Shown here: in pieces, positions 26,301 through 48,665 of the stretch
Layout: every line of letters begins with the position of its first letter
How positions within the stretch are numbered: the first letter of the stretch is position 1
Origin: Callorhinchus milii
Lineage: Eukaryota
Direction: 5' to 3'
Length of the DNA stretch: 64,000 nt
NCBI RefSeq assembly: GCF_018977255.1
Contig: NW_024704743.1
Location: 71,984,001-72,048,000 of the forward strand
Translations under genes and position numbers: made by a program
Notes under the pieces: model-generated
Told to the model about the DNA's origin: nothing
Databases searched by the model: none
What the model saw: the letters and a program-made list of their open reading frames with translations, nothing else

Positions 26301-29300
26301 CTGACACCTAAAACAAGCTGAAATCTACACTGGGGGAACGGTCACAAAATATGGTTCAACACAGCAATGTTGAATAGGAGCGAAATTGTGTACTGTGTTT
26401 TAAAAGAGCAAAAATTAGCTACAATATGCGCGGCAATAAGAAATGCAACTAAGTAAAGAAACTGAAAGTGATCCTACATAATTACAATAACACTGTTGAA
26501 AGTTTTGAAACACAGACATCTTATACTGTTTAGATTACAGTGTCTTAGTGCTTAGTGTCTCTGCTTAGTGTCTATTAAAATCAAAACAAATATCTGCTGT
26601 AAAGAGGAGTGACTGCAATTGTAGACTATTGCGGCAGCCAATTTCCGCAAAGCTATTTCCTCACAATCATCCATAAAATAATAATAATCTTTGCATTTGA
26701 AAAAGCGCCTTAACGCGTCATTGATACGTCTCAGAGCACTTCACAGAATATATTGTAAAGTGGATTGACTGTACTTTGTGGGCAAAACCAGAAGCCAATT
26801 GAGCACAACAGTGTCCCACAAACAGTCATGGATTGAGTGACCCAATTTTTTTTGAGGGATTATTACCCCCAGAAAATGATCTGCCAATTGACTCACAATT
26901 GGTTCCTACTTACTGCTATGTAAACAGAGGGGTGTGGAGTAAGGAAACTTGCCTAAGGTTAAACCTCATCTGGGAATCTAAACTGGGTCCCCTCGCTTGC
27001 GAAACGAGCATGCTACCCACCACCCTACGGCACTCCAGATGAAATGAACTTATTTGCAGGAATGGTAGCCAGGACACTGAAGGAACAACAACAACACAAC
27101 AACAAGAATCCATTTATTGAGCGCCTTTCATGTCGGGAGGACGTCCCAAGGCGCTGTACAGTTGGGTCAGGACCCGAGCAAGGGGGGAAATGGTCAGGGG
27201 GAGGGAAGGGAGGGAGCGAGGAGTGGGTAGAGAGTCGAGAGGGGAGCTGAAGGCACGGTCAAAGAGAAAGGTATTGAGACCGGCCTTGAAGGAGGAAACT
27301 CTTATTCTTTTCCAATAGTGTCATGGAATCATTAGCATCCACCTGAACAGGTGGATGGGATATTGATTTAACATCTCATCAAAAGGACAGCATCTCCCAA
27401 ACGCTGAGGCAAGATTGCAACCACCTGAGCTATGCTGACAAACTAAAACCAGTAGCTTTCAAATGTAATATGATTTGTATATTTATTAAATGTACATTAT
27501 TGTCTTCCATATTTAACTGCAAAACTATACACTTAAACGTGCAGCTCTTTTCAATTTTAAATGAATGTTCACCTCAAGAATAACTTTGGCTAGAAATAAT
27601 CCTTATATAATGCCCTGAGGTATTGAGACAATCAAAAAAACCACTCGGTACATTTAAAGAGATGACGTCTCATTTTTAGGGTGCTAATTTTGCAGCTAAC
27701 CATGACATTATTGCCTTGAGTAACATTTAACTGTACACTTTGAACAAGACGCTAAACATTTCTAGGTGAATAAGACTGCAAGTGGCAACAAGCACAAGGT
27801 ACAGATTTAGAGAAATTAAAAGAACTGTATTAGAAAAATATACTTGCATAATGACTCTACATTTGCTACATTTATTGCTATATTGAAATATACATTTTTA
27901 GTGCTTACAATTTTGTTTCATGGAAAAGGTCATTGAAAGCCCATACATTCAAGGACTGACATTTGTTAAAAGGTTGGGGCGACAAATGCAGCTGGGTATT
28001 ACTAGCTTAATCATTTGATACTGGTTGGTAGTCAGTGCATTCCATTGGGACAGATAATATGGACTCACTGCTGCTTCCATCACTCTACCTAACTGTGAAA
28101 CGTCTGCAGTGAGGAGACGAGCCAGAGTCGATAAACGTGACGCGACAGATTTGGCAGGAACTCAATGGAAGCAATTTGCGGACTGAATCTATGACTGAAA
28201 GCTGTTGTGGCATCTAAGATCTCCAGAGGTTGGGGACATGAATTTCTCCTATAAAAAGATTTCTCCCATAACACTGCAAATTTTTGAAACTTTTATATCA
28301 TGAATCTAAAAGAAGAAAGCAATTTTGCCTCTTCTTCACTGTAATCTTTTCCTTTAGTAAAGAGTACCAGAGACACTTATATAATCAAGTTGATTAAAAC
28401 ATACAGTAAACTCCTGATAACTCATCACTCCAAGGGAAAACAGCTCAGTGACAAATTATCCAGAGTGGCAAGTTAGGCATATGTATAAATACATAAATAA
28501 ATGTGTCTGGGATATTGACAGCATGGTGACTTAAGTGCTAGTGACAAGTTAAGCCAGCGTTCAGTTATCAGGAGCTTGCTGTACTTAAACGAAGTATGTA
28601 GAGTACTGTGTTTCAAAACTCAGGCCCCTGAAATACAACTGAATAGCTGAACATTCTTGGTAAGGCTCACAAGAAAATTGGTGGACTTTCAAGCCTGTTG
28701 GAGCATTAGGTCTGTGACACTTCAGTGACTGCCTAGTAATGGTGAATTAAAGTGCAGGTCCCCAGATATAATTTCCCACATAAACTTCCCAAACTCAGCC
28801 AGGCCATCACAGGAGACAGAAATATATAATAATAATCATTGCATTGATACATAGCACCTTATCATGTCACTGAGACATCTCAAAGCCCATTTACAGGATT
28901 TTACTGTGAAGCGCATTAACTGGATATTGTAGGGAGGTGCAGCAGCGGATTTGCACACAGTAATGTCCCGCAAGCAGCCGTCAAGTTAATGCCCAATTTT
29001 AACTGGGGATTTACTGACAACTGAAAATTGGTTATTTTCAATCTACGACTGTTTGTGGGACATTGCTGTGCGCAATCGGCAGCCGCGTTCGCCCACAAAT
29101 ATACAGTCAATTCACTTTACAGTGTGTTCTGTGAAGCGCTTTGGGACGTCCTCCTGACTTGAAAAGCGCTATATCAAATGCAAGGATTATTATTATTATA
29201 AGGACACTGGGAGAAACTCCCCTCTCTTTTCAAGTAGTTCTACGGGATTCTTAACATCCACCTGAACTGATAGCCGAGATATCAGCTTAACATCTCATCT

Positions 29301-30244
29301 GAACGAAGGCACCACTGACAATGCAGTGCTCCCCTAAACTGCATTGTAGGACCAGCCTGGACTGAGAGTTCAAAATCCTGTGTGGGGCTTCAACTCACAA
29401 CCTTTTGAACTCGGAGGTGAAGCACTAACAACAGAGCCAGGCTAACACCCTGAAAACAAAGAAAGAAATCCAACCTCAACTATTTTTGCTTAAACATATG
29501 GATTGAAGAAACAATCTTGCACACGGTAGGTTAGAACACTATTACAGAGGTTTCGGATTAACTTAGTGCCTGCTCACTAAGAAAGGAAATACGAATTGGC
29601 GTTCAGAAACAGAGAGAGAGTTCTCTTAAATTCAAATAAGCAAGCACCGGAGTAGGTTTAGAAAGATAGATCGGAAGACACCTTCTACGCATAAGAATAA
29701 AAAAAAACACCTACAGGTAACTTTGACAACATAGCAGCTTACAATCTGGACAAAATGGCACAGACTGAAATGCAGGTGCAAGGTGCACAATTCTGCTAAC
29801 AAATGCCGGAGTCGCACTGCACATTGATAAAGGCAATTCTAAGCTTAGAAATACATCTCTGTCCCCCACTGAAGATCTCTGTCCACAGAAGCCCTGCAAA
29901 CTAACCACATGCAACAGAAAGATGCACACAGTGAGAGTACATGGCAGGCCATGGACCAGTCTTGGGGACAGATAAACAAACTGCACAGGGAACAAATAAC
30001 CACCTAATGCACAGAGACAACAGCCACAGTGTATGCAACACAGGGAAGATGCAACAAGTCTGAATGGGGAGAGAGAGGGAGAGGGAGGGAGGGCTGCACT
30101 GGGGCTGCACTGGGGCTGCACTGGGGTCCCTGGAAATGCAGCTGCACCAGAGCTCAGAGCCGCCACACACTAACGCAGCAACAACTCGGCCCCAACTCAC
30201 CAGTTCCCAGAACCAATAACGCACACTTTCAAAGGGGAAGCCAT
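8208..30244 (-). CDS. GPD1L: Glycerol-3-phosphate dehydrogenase 1-like protein, 8 coding exons, 1053 nt, 350 aa (gene span)
   Basis: Exons of 44+178+141+139+113+234+107+97 nt join in frame with GT-AG sites, from [21 protein letters not shown] through [20 protein letters not shown] and [11 protein letters not shown] to [31 protein letters not shown] and QSHPEH favour GPD1L over GPD1. Confidence 0.9.
9324..9430 (-). CDS. GPD1L: GPD1L exon 7
   Basis: ctgcag|[35 protein letters not shown]|gtaag, 107 nt. Confidence 0.95.
9907..10568. repeat. 82-bp direct repeat pair (9907-9988 and 10487-10568) bracketing GPD1L exon 6
   Basis: taacaagggttaactaaattacttttctcaggtatccatcttctcaattgatgtacaaagtctcaaaatgggg vs taacaagggataactaaattacttttctcaagatccatcttctcaatcgatgtacaaagtctcaaaatgggg. 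Confidence 0.9.
10063..10296 (-). CDS. GPD1L: GPD1L exon 6
   Basis: gacag|[31 protein letters not shown]...[29 protein letters not shown]|gtaaa, 234 nt. Confidence 0.96.
10934..11046 (-). CDS. GPD1L: GPD1L exon 5
   Basis: gtcag|(G)[37 protein letters not shown]|gtaaa, 113 nt. Confidence 0.95.
12729..13033 (-). mobile_element. Young tRNA-Ala(TGC)-derived SINE with L2-type tail, short variant
   Basis: Near-identical to the copies at 30447, 36765, 39263, 48170 and 60381. Head has A/B boxes; tail is (TTA)n. Confidence 0.9.
14666..14804 (-). CDS. GPD1L: GPD1L exon 4
   Basis: ttccag|[46 protein letters not shown](G)|gtaaa, 139 nt. Confidence 0.96.
15270..15510 (-). mobile_element. Old tRNA-headed SINE-like repeat (related copies ~4000-4200, 11370-11600, 13940-14160)
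   Basis: Minus-strand head tggctcagtg...tttgattccc. The copies share a body motif of the type cctgatcctgtcctcac..ttcc..cag..gtcactggat..gatcagga. All copies are highly degenerate. Confidence 0.4.
17800..18130 (+). mobile_element. tRNA-derived SINE, older long variant
   Basis: tttgattcccgggcagggcaaaacctt..caagtttccttac, an extra segment cctctgtttacctagctgtaagtagg, then the family body and (TTA)n tail. Confidence 0.75.
18298..18860 (-). mobile_element. 5'-truncated L2 LINE
   Basis: Translates to [16 protein letters not shown] and [10 protein letters not shown]; ends in the L2 tail with (TTG)n. Confidence 0.85.
18866..19172 (+). mobile_element. Tc1/mariner (Tigger-like) non-autonomous element fragment
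   Basis: Starts tacagaaaattcatataag, matches 21182-21260, and is the reverse complement of 22375-22752. Confidence 0.6.
21182..21359 (+). mobile_element. Tc1/mariner-type MITE, internally deleted
   Basis: TA-CAGTAAAACTCGCAAAAG ... CTTATGTGAGGTTTACTG-TA: imperfect TIRs with TA flanks. Confidence 0.7.
21971..22111 (-). CDS. GPD1L: GPD1L exon 3
   Basis: ttgcag|[47 protein letters not shown]|gtact, 141 nt. Confidence 0.96.
22176..22752 (-). mobile_element. Tc1/mariner (Tigger-like) non-autonomous element, ~575 bp, both ends present
   Basis: Left end TA-CAGTAAAGCTCACATAAG and degenerate right end gttatgtgaattttactctata. Both ends are reverse complements of the ends of 21182-21359. Internal sub-repeats read cggtaagtg. 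Confidence 0.65.
23076..23253 (-). CDS. GPD1L: GPD1L exon 2
   Basis: cacag|(W)[59 protein letters not shown]|gtaag, 178 nt. Confidence 0.96.
24144..26068 (-). mobile_element. 5'-truncated L2 LINE (~1.9 kb) with a long open RT frame
   Basis: The 675-aa ORF 24054-26081 has [40 protein letters not shown] and [15 protein letters not shown]. The L2 3' tail with (TTG)n is intact. Confidence 0.93.
26678..27020 (-). mobile_element. tRNA-derived SINE, older long variant
   Basis: Has the tail ataataatctttgcatttg, the body, the extra segment ttcctacttactgctatgtaaacagagg, and a degenerate head. Confidence 0.7.
27084..27296 (-). mobile_element. L2 3'-terminal fragment nested in an old Deu-type SINE
   Basis: Matches the L2 tails at 52666 and 56620. 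Old SINE sequence resumes on both sides (gccaggacactga on the left; aaactcttattcttttccaatagtgtcatgg on the right). Confidence 0.85.
28402..28583. mobile_element. Tc1/mariner-type MITE with TA target duplication
   Basis: TA-CAGTAAACTCCTGATAACT ... AGTTATCAGGAGCTTGCTG-TA: 19-bp TIRs with 2 mismatches around a 178-bp element. Confidence 0.8.
28828..29447 (-). mobile_element. Old Deu-type SINE interrupted by a 5'-truncated young SINE (29026-29198, plus strand)
   Basis: Old tail at 28828-29020 and Deu/head part at 29200-29447, with a young body and tail in the opposite orientation between them. Confidence 0.75.
30094..30126. repeat. (CTGCACTGGGG)3 tandem repeat in GPD1L intron 1
   Basis: Three perfect 11-bp units. 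Confidence 0.85.
30201..30244 (-). CDS. GPD1L: GPD1L exon 1 coding part
   Basis: Strong Kozak context [24 protein letters not shown](W)|gtgag. Confidence 0.96.
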
Positions 30245-30446
30245 GGTCGGTGGCGGTGGCTGTGGCGGCGGCGGGTGTGTGCGGAGGGGAAGCGGCTCCT
30301 GGGCTGACAGTGGGGCCGCGGCTGCACTCACTGCCCGAGACCCCCTCTCAGCGCAAGACACACACCGAGCATGCGCACACCCCCCCCCCACCCCGCCTCT
30401 GCTGAGTGACTGCTGCAGCCACACACTGAGCAGCAGCTGCACACCC
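30245..30446 (-). promoter_or_regulatory. GPD1L CpG-rich 5'UTR and proximal promoter
   Basis: GC/CpG-rich, with an NRF1-like gagcatgcgca at 30367-30377 and a GC box ccccgcctc at 30391-30399. Confidence 0.6.
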
Positions 30447-30792
30447 TATAATAATCATAATCATCATCATAATAATAATAATAATCCTTGCATTTGATAT
30501 AGCGCTTTTCACGTCGGGAGGACGTCCCAAAGCGCTTCACAGAACACACTGTAAAGCGAATCGACTGTATATTTGTGGGCGAACGCGGCAGCCAATTGCG
30601 CACAGCAATGTCCCACAAACAGTCGTATGGATTGAAAATGACCAATTTATTATTGTTTTTTTTTTGGAGGGATTATTATTAGGCTCTGTGTGGAGTAAGG
30701 AAACTTGCCCAAGGTTACACCCTCTGCCTGGAATTGAACTCGGGTCTCTCGCTTGCAAAGCGAGTGCTCTAACCACTGAGCTACAGGACTCC
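30447..30792 (-). mobile_element. Young full-length tRNA-Ala-derived SINE abutting the GPD1L promoter
   Basis: Head GGAGTCCTGTAGCTCAGTGGTTAGAGCACTCGCTTTGCAAGCGAG...GTTCAATTCC, followed by body and (TTA/TGA)n tail. Confidence 0.92.
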
Positions 30793-30978
30793 ATCGCACC
30801 CACCACCAGTGCTCACACTTCAATCTCTTTATGGGGAGTGCAATTTTCTTTTCATTAAGGCAATTGAGGGAATGAAAGGCTTTGATGTGGTATAAATGGT
30901 GAGGCTGTATTTCCACTGGAAGGCGACTTACTCTAATAATAATACTTGGATTTGACGTCACGTCTTATCACATCGTCG

Positions 30979-31123
30979 AAACAACAACAAGATTTCATTT
31001 ATAGAGCGCCTTTCACGTCGGGAGGACGTCCCAAGGCGCTGGACAGTTGGGTCGGGACCCGAGCAGGAGGGAAATGGTCAGGGTGAGGGGAGGGAAGGGA
31101 GGGAGGGAGGAGGGGGTAGAGAG
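30979..31123 (-). mobile_element. L2 3'-terminal fragment
   Basis: acaacaacaagatttcatttatagagcgcctttcacgtcgggaggacgtcccaaggcgct, as in the other L2 tails. Confidence 0.85.
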
Positions 31124-32347
31124 TGCTTCACACAGTATACTGTAAAATGAATTGACTGTACATTTTGTGGGCGAAATCATGAAGCGAATGACCAATTATA
31201 TCTGGGGGATTGCTGGCCAGGACACCAGGAGAAATTAATGCTCTTCAATGTCCACCTGAACAGGCACATTGGACTTCAGTTTAACATCTCATTCGAAGGC
31301 TAGCATCTCTGACAATGCAGCAATCCCTAGCACTGCAGTGGAAGTTCAGCGTAGTAAAACTAAACAGAATTCAGAACTTGTCAGTTTCCAAACTGGGTAA
31401 TTACTGTGGTTCCAAATACAGAAGAGAATGCAGATGGAAACGCCTTGGAAATGTTCAGGTACTCTGAGAAGATTAGCGCCAGAGGTTTATTAAAATAGAC
31501 TATGAACTGTGGGATGGCGTTCTAGAGGGTGGGGGCAGAGTAGCTGAAGGCCCGCCCACTAATGGTGGGTTGGGTGAGGTAGGACACAAGAAGCAGGCTG
31601 GAGCCCGCTGAATGGAGGGAGCGGGCAGGATGGTAAGGGATTAGGAGTTCGCAGAAGTAAGGGGGAGCGAGGCCATGAGGGCTTTGAAGGTGAGAACCAG
31701 GATCTTGAACTGTATCCTCTGTGTGATGGGAAAACAGTGGAGTCACAGCCTGCTTGTTTCTCAGCTTTGAGATAGGTAGGTATTGAGACTGTAGCCGTTT
31801 AATCAGAAGCTGACCTCAACTGGTCCAGCAAAGCTACTTTTAACCATTAAACTATCAAACCTTTTGGAACATTCGGTTGCAGTTTGAAATATACCAATGT
31901 ATCCTGAGGTGATAGTCAATATATTTCAACAGGGCTATCGGGGCTATCGGTCGAGATCAGCTTACCTGCTTACAGTCAAAGTCATCTCATCTCATCAAAA
32001 ACAGCTCTTTGAAATTGTTGACATTGTTGCGTTCCCTAACTAGACTATGTGAGTTCAAGATCTCACAAGCTTCTGACTTGGAGGTGAGAGTGCTACCAAC
32101 TGTAGGTTATGGGAAGATATGGACCACAGCACAGGTATATATGACTCACATATTGTATTTATGCAGCACCATATGGAACAAGAAGAATGATTTGAGATCC
32201 TTGATTATATTCAAGGATGATATTGCTGATTTGTAAATGTGTTACAAAATGTCACAGCAATCAGATATCACAATGGATATTACATTGACATTGCGTGTCA
32301 GGCTGGCTCAGTTTGCTCCACTCGCATCTCTGGGTTTTAAGATTATG

Positions 32348-33726
32348 TGTCGAAAATAATCCAATAAATGACAGTGTGATCCGAGGATAAACCATGTCAC
32401 TGCCTTTCATGGTTAGTGGTGATCAACCTATGTTAAAGGGTGCTAACAAGGGCTGGACTCCGATCAGGCTTCATTAGAGTTTGTGATAATTGGGCACCAG
32501 CTCTTATGGATAATTGAGCGCCAGTATAAAGCTGGGGGCTTGAGCATGTGAGAGGAAAATCTGGAAAAGATGGATGTGCAGAGATAGAGCTCCCTTCTTA
32601 AACCTTTTGTTTGAGGGTGTGACCCAATCTTGGGCTGTAACTTTTTTTTCCTTTGCTTATTTTCTTCTTCTGTTAATGTAACTGGGAAGGAATCTTGGAA
32701 GCAATCTTGGTGTTCAGTGATTTATCCTTAAGGATCCTTGTATGCCATTTATCTGGCTGCTGAGATTTAATAACTATGTTTTTATATCTGTTTGGCAACC
32801 ATGCTGATTGTAATATGTATGGCATTGCAACTTTCCTCTGTGGCATCCTTGAGTGCCTTGAGTTCTTTTTCCATATCAGATGGGTTACCTAACTGAAACT
32901 TGACTATAATATATTAAAAACACATTGGTTACATGCAGTTAAGAAATACTCATACTTCCAGTTTAAAGGAGTCAGCAGCAGCAGTTCTTCATCTTCCTTC
33001 TCTTGAGCCCGAACAGCTTAGTGATATACTCACAAACTTATGGTATCCCTCTGATCTCTGGTTATCTCCCTCTGGAGTCATTCTGCTCTTCTAACCGATC
33101 TCACCAAGAGGTCGGCTAGTTATACCCTTTTTCCAAGTGTTTTTTTTCCTAGGGCCCCTCTATCCATTTCTGATACTGTCATGTACTTAGGTTAATCGAC
33201 CTTTTGGCTTGGTGCCATCCTGACTTGATTCTCCACGAGGTCTTCCCTTTGTCCTGTCTAAGCCAAATGATTCATCAGTTTAGGGCTGTATCTGGTGCTC
33301 ATTATTTTGTTATATGGGATCATTAGTACATTCCTTTTAAGTGAATGGTTATCTCTTATCAGTATCCCGGGTTGGTACCAAAATCCTTCAGTTTAAACAA
33401 CTTGCTCGTTAGTTGCTATCCTTGAGGGTTGCCTTCGGTTGTTTTGAAGGCCCTGTCAGAATCTAGAGACTTATTGTTGAACTGAGATTCTGTGTCGACC
33501 GGTACCTTAGACCGTTACCTCTGTGGGCTTGTTGTAATCTACTGATAAGTGGTGACCTCCTGCTCTTTTTCAAAGCTATCTTGTTATTCCTTAAGAAACA
33601 GAGAAAACCAAATGTGTCCTATCCCATGACTATCAACATTTAAAATCACACATTTTATACATGTTTGCATAACATAATCCTGAATAATATTCCATTATAA
33701 ATTCCTTATATTGTTATATTCCAACA
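32348..33726. mobile_element. Possible LTR-like insertion
   Basis: TG...CA ends, a compositionally distinct block, and a duplicated gataattg(g/a)gc(a/g)ccag next to TATAAA at ~32484-32530. It begins right after a truncated SINE head. No TSD or coding motif seen. Confidence 0.25.
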
Positions 33727-33739
33727 CCTGACCAAGATC

Positions 33740-34290
33740 ACTTTCCTTAGCCCACCTCCTCCCCTAATTACATCCAATGGCTTTGAAACATTCGTTCACA
33801 TAATTTAAACTTTTCTATTGCACACCTTCATGGTCTCCTTCCCTCCACCATTTACAAGCTGAAACTTATCCAAAACTCCGTCACCAACATTCTCATTTGC
33901 ACCAGACCCCATACACCTATCACTCCAGTCACTGCTGTCTCTCAGTGGATCAGTATCAAGGTCCTCATCCTTATCTACAAATCTATATAGATCCTTGCAC
34001 CTCTTTATCTTTCTGATCTTCTACCCTAATCCTCTGCTCGCCTCCTTTAACTCGGGCGTCCTGGCTTCCCAGGTGTCCCTGCACCATCATTGGTGGCCAA
34101 GCTTCAGTTTGTTTGCCCCAAGCCTCTGGAATCTCCTCCCTCTATCTTGTTACATTTCTTTCTGTCTTAAGTCTAACCTCAAAATCTACTTTTTCAAATG
34201 TGCCTAACCACCTCGCCCTCACTCTCTCTCTCCTTGGCGTTTAACCCTGTTCTTGCAAAGCACTTAGACATTAGCATATATGAAGTGCTA
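33740..34290 (+). mobile_element. Old degenerate L2 fragment
   Basis: tacaagctgaaacttatccaaaactc, caaggtcctcatccttatctacaa, agcctctggaatctcctccc, and an L2-like tail. Confidence 0.6.
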
Positions 34291-35524
34291 TACAAATGCA
34301 ATTTTCTATTGTCTCTGCTTTGTGTAATTCAGTTGTTACTCCATTCATAGTTCCCTATATATCACACAACTCTTTTATGGCACCTTATTAAATTCCATTC
34401 TGGAAATCTATATATAGAACTTCCATAGCTTTCTCTTTATCTATTCAGTTAGATAAAAAAAACTGTTAAGCTGCTATCTGCTTTTTAAATTTGGCATTAT
34501 TTTATTCATATTTGGCTTGCTGGGTTAATAGGAGCTGAATGGGAAGAACCCGGTCTGCCCTTCCAAGGCCTGCGATGAGCCAAGGTGGCTAGGCTGTCAT
34601 TAGCAGTGCCCTGGGGTACTGTGGACCCACCTGACTTAGGAAATAGACTACTGAGCCTGCCACAGAAGGGGGATTCTTTCATTCCGTTGCCAAGCATGTC
34701 ACCTCGAAGCCAGTTCAGCTCCAAAGAGGCCCTGCTTACCTTTCTGCCCAGGAGAATTCCAGGTTGTTGAAGTAACAGAGGCAGCAGATGGATTTAGTGA
34801 GGATGCTTGATTTTTTTTTGACCCAGCAGGGATGTCAGTATAAAGGAAAAGGACTAGTCAGAAAGTTTTGAGCGGCAAGTATAGACGTGGAAGTCAGATG
34901 ACAATTATCTGACAGGACACTCCTGCTCTTGATGAAAAAAATAGTGAAAAATTATATATCAGAACCAGATAGAGGCAAGAAATCATTTGTATTTATCTAT
35001 ATTAAAAATAATCACACATTCTGGAGTGCACTGGAAGTCAGGACTTGGATTTCACGTTATCCTATAAATACCTGCAGAACAATTCAAACAGAAACAAATC
35101 AATCCTCAGAAGCAATGGCCTTCTATTGGTTTTTCCTCTTTCATGTCAACAAAAATGGCTTCAGGACAAAGGTTGCAAAAGTACACCCAGAGCCATTCAC
35201 CAGGAAAATAAGATTGTGTGACTTTGAACATCAGATAAAAATTGTGCATGATGAAATAATGTCAACAAAGGGCAATAGCTGCACTTTCCACCTGAACGCA
35301 GTCGCCGTCTGTTTCTTCTTTGTAGCAATTCACAGTAAGTTACAGCCATTCTCTTTTTATTAACATTTCTTGTATGTGCAGCAATCGGGGTTAAAGTTTC
35401 ATAACATCTGTATTGTGGGATCTTATTGTCTTTCACCAGCAGTTATTTATCAAGTATTATGACAGAAAAATGTATTAATTCAAGTTTTCCTCAGTGACCA
35501 GCGACAACACATCTGCTACTGGAA

Positions 35525-47398
<11,874 letters not shown>

Positions 47399-47853
47399 TC
47401 AATGAAAGCAAGTAGCACATTGAGTCTTGTACATCACATCACTAGTAAATCACAGAAAAGTTTGATTGTTTAATGCCATTATTGCTGTTACATCTTTGCA
47501 GCAATAATTTTCTTATGGAAACAGACACCATAAAATAGAGCTGAACAAAAAACACAGCAGAGTATTTAAACTTAGAAAATATAGATTTTTTTCATAATGT
47601 ATTATAATCCTTGCATTTGATATTGCAATAAAGTCAAAAAATACATTGAAATATTTTACACAGGATGTAACAATTTGGCATAACAAATTGATTGCTTACA
47701 GATGTGTTCCCAATGCATACTATTATATAAAATGTAATAACAAATGATGCCTCAGTACATCGTTATATTGTGATATCAGGCATTTAATACTCTAATTTGT
47801 CAAACTGGATGATTTTTGTATTTGTGTAACTCAGATTCTTTTGTAAATTTGGA

Positions 47854-47859
47854 AATAAA
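47854..47859 (+). promoter_or_regulatory. Candidate polyadenylation signal of the TMBIM-family gene
   Basis: AATAAA at the end of AT-rich UTR-like sequence; an alternative lies at 47627-47632. Confidence 0.4.
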
Positions 47860-47909
47860 GTGCCAAACTAGAAGTTTTTAAAATAACTAAACATTGTGCA
47901 GACTATGTG

Positions 47910-48665
47910 CCAGTCTGGCTCAGTTCTAGCACTCTTGCCTTTGAGTCGGAAGGTTGTGGGTTCAAGCCCCACTTGAACTCATGTAGACTAAGGTGACATT
48001 GCAATGCGGTGCTGGGGTGTGTTGCATATCAGAGTTGCTGTCTTTGGGATGCAACATCAAAACTAGGTCCAATCTGTTTGTTCAGGTGGACATTAAAGAT
48101 CCCATGGCACTGTTCAAAAAGAGAAGGGAGTTTCTCCCAGTGTTCTGGCCAACAATCTTCCCCCCAACATAATAATAATCCTTGCATTTGATATAGCGCT
48201 TTTCACGTCGGGAGGACGTCCCAAAGCGCTTCACAGAACACACTGTAAAGTGAATTGACTGTATATTTGTGGGCGAACGCGGCAGCCAATTGCGCACAGC
48301 AATGTCCCACAAACAGTCGTAGATTGAAAATGACCAATTTATTATTGTTTTGTTTTTTTGGAGGGATTATTATTAGGCTCTGTGTGGAGTAAGGAAACTT
48401 GCCCAAGGTTTCGCCCTCTGCCTGGAATTGAACTCAGGTCTCTCACTTGCAAAGCGAGTGCTCTAACCACTGAGCTACAGGACTCCACAACATATTGGTT
48501 GCTCACTCCATGACTGTTTATGGGACATTGCTATGCAGTTGGGCTGTCGAATTTGCCTACATACAAATACACAGTCACTTCATTTCACAGTGAATCCTGT
48601 GAACTGCTTTAGGATGTCCTCCTGATGTGAAACGTGCTGTACCAAATTCAAGGATTATTATTATA
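47910..48665 (+). mobile_element. Old Deu-type SINE interrupted by a young antisense SINE
   Basis: Head tggctcagtt..gcactcttgcc..ggttcaagccc, Deu-like gttcaggtggacattaaagatcccatggcact; the tail resumes after 48486. Confidence 0.75.
48170..48486 (-). mobile_element. Young full-length tRNA-Ala-derived SINE
   Basis: Near-identical reverse complement of 60381-60702. Confidence 0.92.

Noticed and set aside
30720..30792. tRNA-Ala(TGC)-like sequences here and in the other copies
   Set aside because: They lack a proper acceptor stem and are always fused to the same body and tail, so they are SINE heads rather than tRNA genes.
34929..35363. 144-aa ORF upstream of the TMBIM gene
   Set aside because: Non-ATG start, no recognisable motif, and no in-frame splice to the coding exon.
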